32,000 nt of DNA from Candidatus Saccharimonadota bacterium (GTDB lineage Bacteria; Patescibacteriota; Gracilibacteria; BD1-5; UBA6164). This document shows, piece by piece, positions 29,533 through 32,000 of this stretch; position 1 is the first letter of the stretch; every line of letters begins with the position of its first letter. The notes below the pieces were generated by a model that made no database searches, was not told the DNA's origin, and was given only the letters and a program-made list of their open reading frames with translations. Both the position numbers and the translations under genes were made by a program. The stretch lies in assembly GCA_004563595.2 (NCBI GenBank), contig CP042461.1, positions 1,080,001 through 1,112,000 of the forward strand. The letters run 5' to 3'.

Positions 29533-29670
29533 CTTTTTCTGAGTAAATTAATATTATCATTATTATAAGTAGAAACAAATAATTACAAGTCCTTTAGAGA
29601 AGAACTCGTAGACAAAAATCGTTAAAAGTTTGATATATAATAATACAGCGACATATACCCTACTAAGAGG

Positions 29671-29772
29671 CATGGGTGAATATACCACTAAGCTCCCATG
29701 GTATGCTACAAGATGGTGTCAATTTGGGGTTGGAGTCTGCTTAATTTGCATGTGCTTTTGCCTCTATGTTTA
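29671..29772 (+). CDS. Candidate micro-ORF (33 aa): hydrophobic, Cys-rich peptide
   Basis: MGEYTTKLPWYATRWCQFGVGVCLICMCFCLYV*. It lies in a locally GC-richer stretch, followed about 70 nt later by a strong terminator. The AGAGG box is only 1 nt from the ATG, so translation is uncertain. It could instead be part of an sRNA. Confidence 0.25.
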
Positions 29773-29840
29773 GAAAAGATTTAAAAGCCTGGTTCAGAGA
29801 TTTTTAATCAGAATATTTCTTCACACCAATAAAAAGAAAA

Positions 29841-29861
29841 GGCCAGCTTCGCTGGCCTTTT
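29841..29861 (+). terminator. GC-rich hairpin terminator
   Basis: ggccagc-ttc-gctggcc, preceded by an A-run and followed by tttt. Confidence 0.7.
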
Positions 29862-29955
29862 AACATAATGAAATTCTAAAAAACTTTGTATTTTTTATAA
29901 AAAGATTTATAATCAAATTATCATTATTGTAAATACCCTATAACTTTTCGAAAGG

Positions 29956-30252
29956 ATGAATTATATGGGAAAAGTAGATGCAACTGATGAATATTGGCAA
30001 TCACTCTTTAGATTCGCTCAGCAGCTCTTAACAGATGCTGAAGTGTTAAAAAAATGTGAGAAATGTGAACTGTTAATTAAACAAACTGATAGTCCGAAAC
30101 CAGCTCAAGATCTCTTTGAAAAGGAGTTAAAAGAAAATCCTGATATAGGCGGATGCTTTAACGCTTCTGATGATATGAGCCAGGCAATTACAAAAGTTTT
30201 TGACGGTGCACTAGATCAATGTAAGTGCAATAAAGATAACAAAAGCGAATAA
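29956..30252 (+). CDS. Hypothetical acidic protein (98 aa), no TGA codons
   Basis: Intact ORF followed by a terminator. It contains CxxC and CxC pairs. No family was recognised. Confidence 0.5.
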   Translation: MNYMGKVDATDEYWQSLFRFAQQLLTDAEVLKKCEKCELLIKQTDSPKPAQDLFEKELKENPDIGGCFNASDDMSQAITKVFDGALDQCKCNKDNKSE

Positions 30253-30276
30253 AACATTAGGTTTTATTCGCTTTTT
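30245..30276 (+). terminator. Rho-independent terminator
   Basis: gcgaataaaac-attag-gttttattcgc hairpin followed by ttttt. Confidence 0.75.
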
Positions 30277-30355
30277 ACTTTCATATACAAGAAAAAACTT
30301 TCACTTTTCATTGCTTTTCAATATAATAACTGCAATTAAAATTTTACAAATATAC

Positions 30356-31558
30356 ATGGCCCAAGTTGGAATCAGAGAATTTGATGCAAAAGCAATGTAC
30401 TATGAATCTATATGAGAAAACTACGCTTGATATCAAATAAAAAAAACACTTGATATATCTCTCCTTTCCCCTGAAAAAAAGTATGTTATTAAACCTGATA
30501 TGCTCTTTTGAAAAAGAGGAAAAAGAGGGCTTTTATGACTGAAACTTGATAAAAACTGAGTAAATAATTGGCTTCATAATAAATTACATTCAAAAGTAAA
30601 TATAGACTGAGTTGATTGAGAATTAGATGTATTTTTAGCTGAAGAATTCTCCCCACTCACAAAAGAATATTATATATCTTTTTCTCAGGATCGAGACTGA
30701 GACACTCTCACATTTTCTTCTGAATGAGGAATAGATATAGAAGAAAACTGGAATAAAACAACAAGTATTGTACTCTCTCCCCTTTCAAACCTTCACAAAA
30801 CAGATCTAGAAAAAATTTGAATAGATGAAAGTTCCCTACAAAAAATTATTACGAAACTCTGGAACTTTTATAGAAATTATTGATTTGTATATTTAGAAAT
30901 CAATCCACTATGAGTTGATAAAAATTGAAATTTTATAATCGTTGATATGGTTGCGAAAGTTGATAACTGTGAATTTTTTAGACAAAAAGATCATTGGAAA
31001 ACTCTAGAATTACCTCAAAGTTTTGGATATAAAGAAAATAAAAAAGAAAAATATATACGTGAACTTGATGCTCAAACATGAGCAAGTATGAAATTTAAAA
31101 TACTCAATAAAGATGCCGAAATTTGGACTCTCCTTGCTTGAGGATGAGGCTCCCTCGTCATTACTGATACTCTCTGAAGCTTATGATTTGCTGATGAAAT
31201 ATGAAACTACTGAGAACTCTCAGGAAATCCTGATAGAGAAAATACAAGAGAATATACCAGAGCCCTTATAGAACAAATGCTCGAAAATAATATCAAGTGA
31301 AAATATCTCATCATCGCATGAGCTATAGCAAATTTCACAAAAATTGATACTACCTTTGCTTGAATTATTGATATACTTGAAGAAAAAGCAGTAGAATTAC
31401 AAGAGCAAAAAATACAAATATTGGTAAGAAGAGGCTGACTCAATGATAAAAAATGATTAACTATTATAAAAGAGGCTTGTGATAGACTCTGACTTCCTAT
31501 AAAAATCGCAAATTCAGACATATATATGACAGATATATTAAAAGAAATTACATTATAA
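30356..31558 (+). CDS. aclB: ATP-citrate lyase, ATP-grasp (beta) subunit (400 aa under table 25)
   Basis: MAQVGIREFDAKAM (compare IREYDSK), LFGKRGKRGLLGL, AGGGGSLV, NYGELSGNP, GAIANFTKIDTTFAGII and VRRGGLN. These are ACLY-type rather than SucC-type motifs. Confidence 0.85.
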
Positions 31559-31569
31559 AATAAATATTC

Positions 31570-32000
31570 ATGTTTTCCAGAAACTCATTTGCAATAATAT
31601 ATTGATTACAAACTCAAGCAGCCCAAAAAATGCTTGATTTTGATTATCTGTGTGAAAGAGAAGCTTCAGTACTTGCTTTTATTAACGCAGGAAAACAAAA
31701 GATCAACCACAAACTCTTTTATTGAGACACTGAGATCTTAATACCTAGTTATCCAAATATAATTTCTCTTCCAGAACAAATCAAACAAAAAACTGACACT
31801 CTCGTAAATTTTGCATCTTTTAGAAGCGCAGCTCAGGCAACAAATGAAGCACTTGAAAGTAAAATATTCAAAAATGTTATTATCATCGCAGAATGAATTC
31901 CAGAAAGACAGACAATAGAGATCATAGAAAAAAATAAACAATACTGAGTCAATATTATTGGTCCTGCAACTGTTTGAGCCATGTCAGCATGAGAATTTAG
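31570..32000 (+). CDS. aclA: ATP-citrate lyase, CoA-binding/citryl-CoA lyase (alpha) subunit, N-terminal part (runs off the window end)
   Basis: AIIYGLQTQAAQKMLDFDYLCER..., ILIPSY, VNFASFRSAAQA, IIIAEGIPER and IIGPATVGAMSAGEF are collinear with the ACLY middle region. Confidence 0.85.

Noticed and set aside
29600-29866. A known structured RNA (tmRNA, SRP RNA, RNase P RNA, 6S RNA or a common riboswitch) in the GC-richer intergenic stretch.
   Set aside because: I could not find any diagnostic motif: no tRNA-like end, no SRP domain IV GGAA/AGCA symmetric loop, and no P4 of RNase P. It is kept only as an unclassified candidate.
1-32000. Apparent massive pseudogenisation: nearly every housekeeping gene is interrupted by multiple TGA stops in the supplied ORF track.
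   Set aside because: The interruptions are always TGA, never TAA or TAG. They fall on invariant Gly positions of well-known motifs, and the flanking fragments are always in the same frame. This is recoding, not decay.

Overview
This is an AT-rich bacterial chromosome segment. Its conserved genes are intact only when in-frame TGA is read as glycine (translation table 25), which points to a Candidatus Gracilibacteria / Absconditabacteria (SR1)-type Patescibacteria genome. The supplied standard-code ORF track is therefore badly fragmented, so I re-derived all gene boundaries by hand.

Core content, in order:
- nusA (partial), ftsZ, ftsA
- a membrane PP2C/SpoIIE phosphatase and a VirB4-like ATPase
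- a DAACS symporter, an isolated rplK, a membrane protein, tRNA-Glu(CUC)
- cysK, an ETHE1-like MBL hydrolase, a type IV pilin-DUF1566 fusion
- purA, pcp, a VOC protein, LtrA, an MFS transporter, a GST/HxlR divergent pair
- a DUF4015-like secreted glycosidase and a two-subunit ATP-citrate lyase

The stand-out feature is a roughly 7.1 kb accessory island (9272-16399) between the 3' end of tRNA-Glu and the terminator shared with convergent cysK.
- It consists of 4-5 tandem cassettes. Each is bounded by a direct repeat ending in the last 9 nt of the tRNA (GGAGTACCA).
- The cassettes carry an HNH protein, two TGA-free GC-richer paralogues, a SIR2_2-like protein, a 427-aa orphan and a HEPN (Rx4H) protein.
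- No integrase or transposase is visible anywhere in the window.
- On the minus strand the repeat arms read as diverged C-terminal fragments of one protein family, cut off exactly at the tRNA-derived core.

No CRISPR array, rRNA or recognisable transposase was seen.
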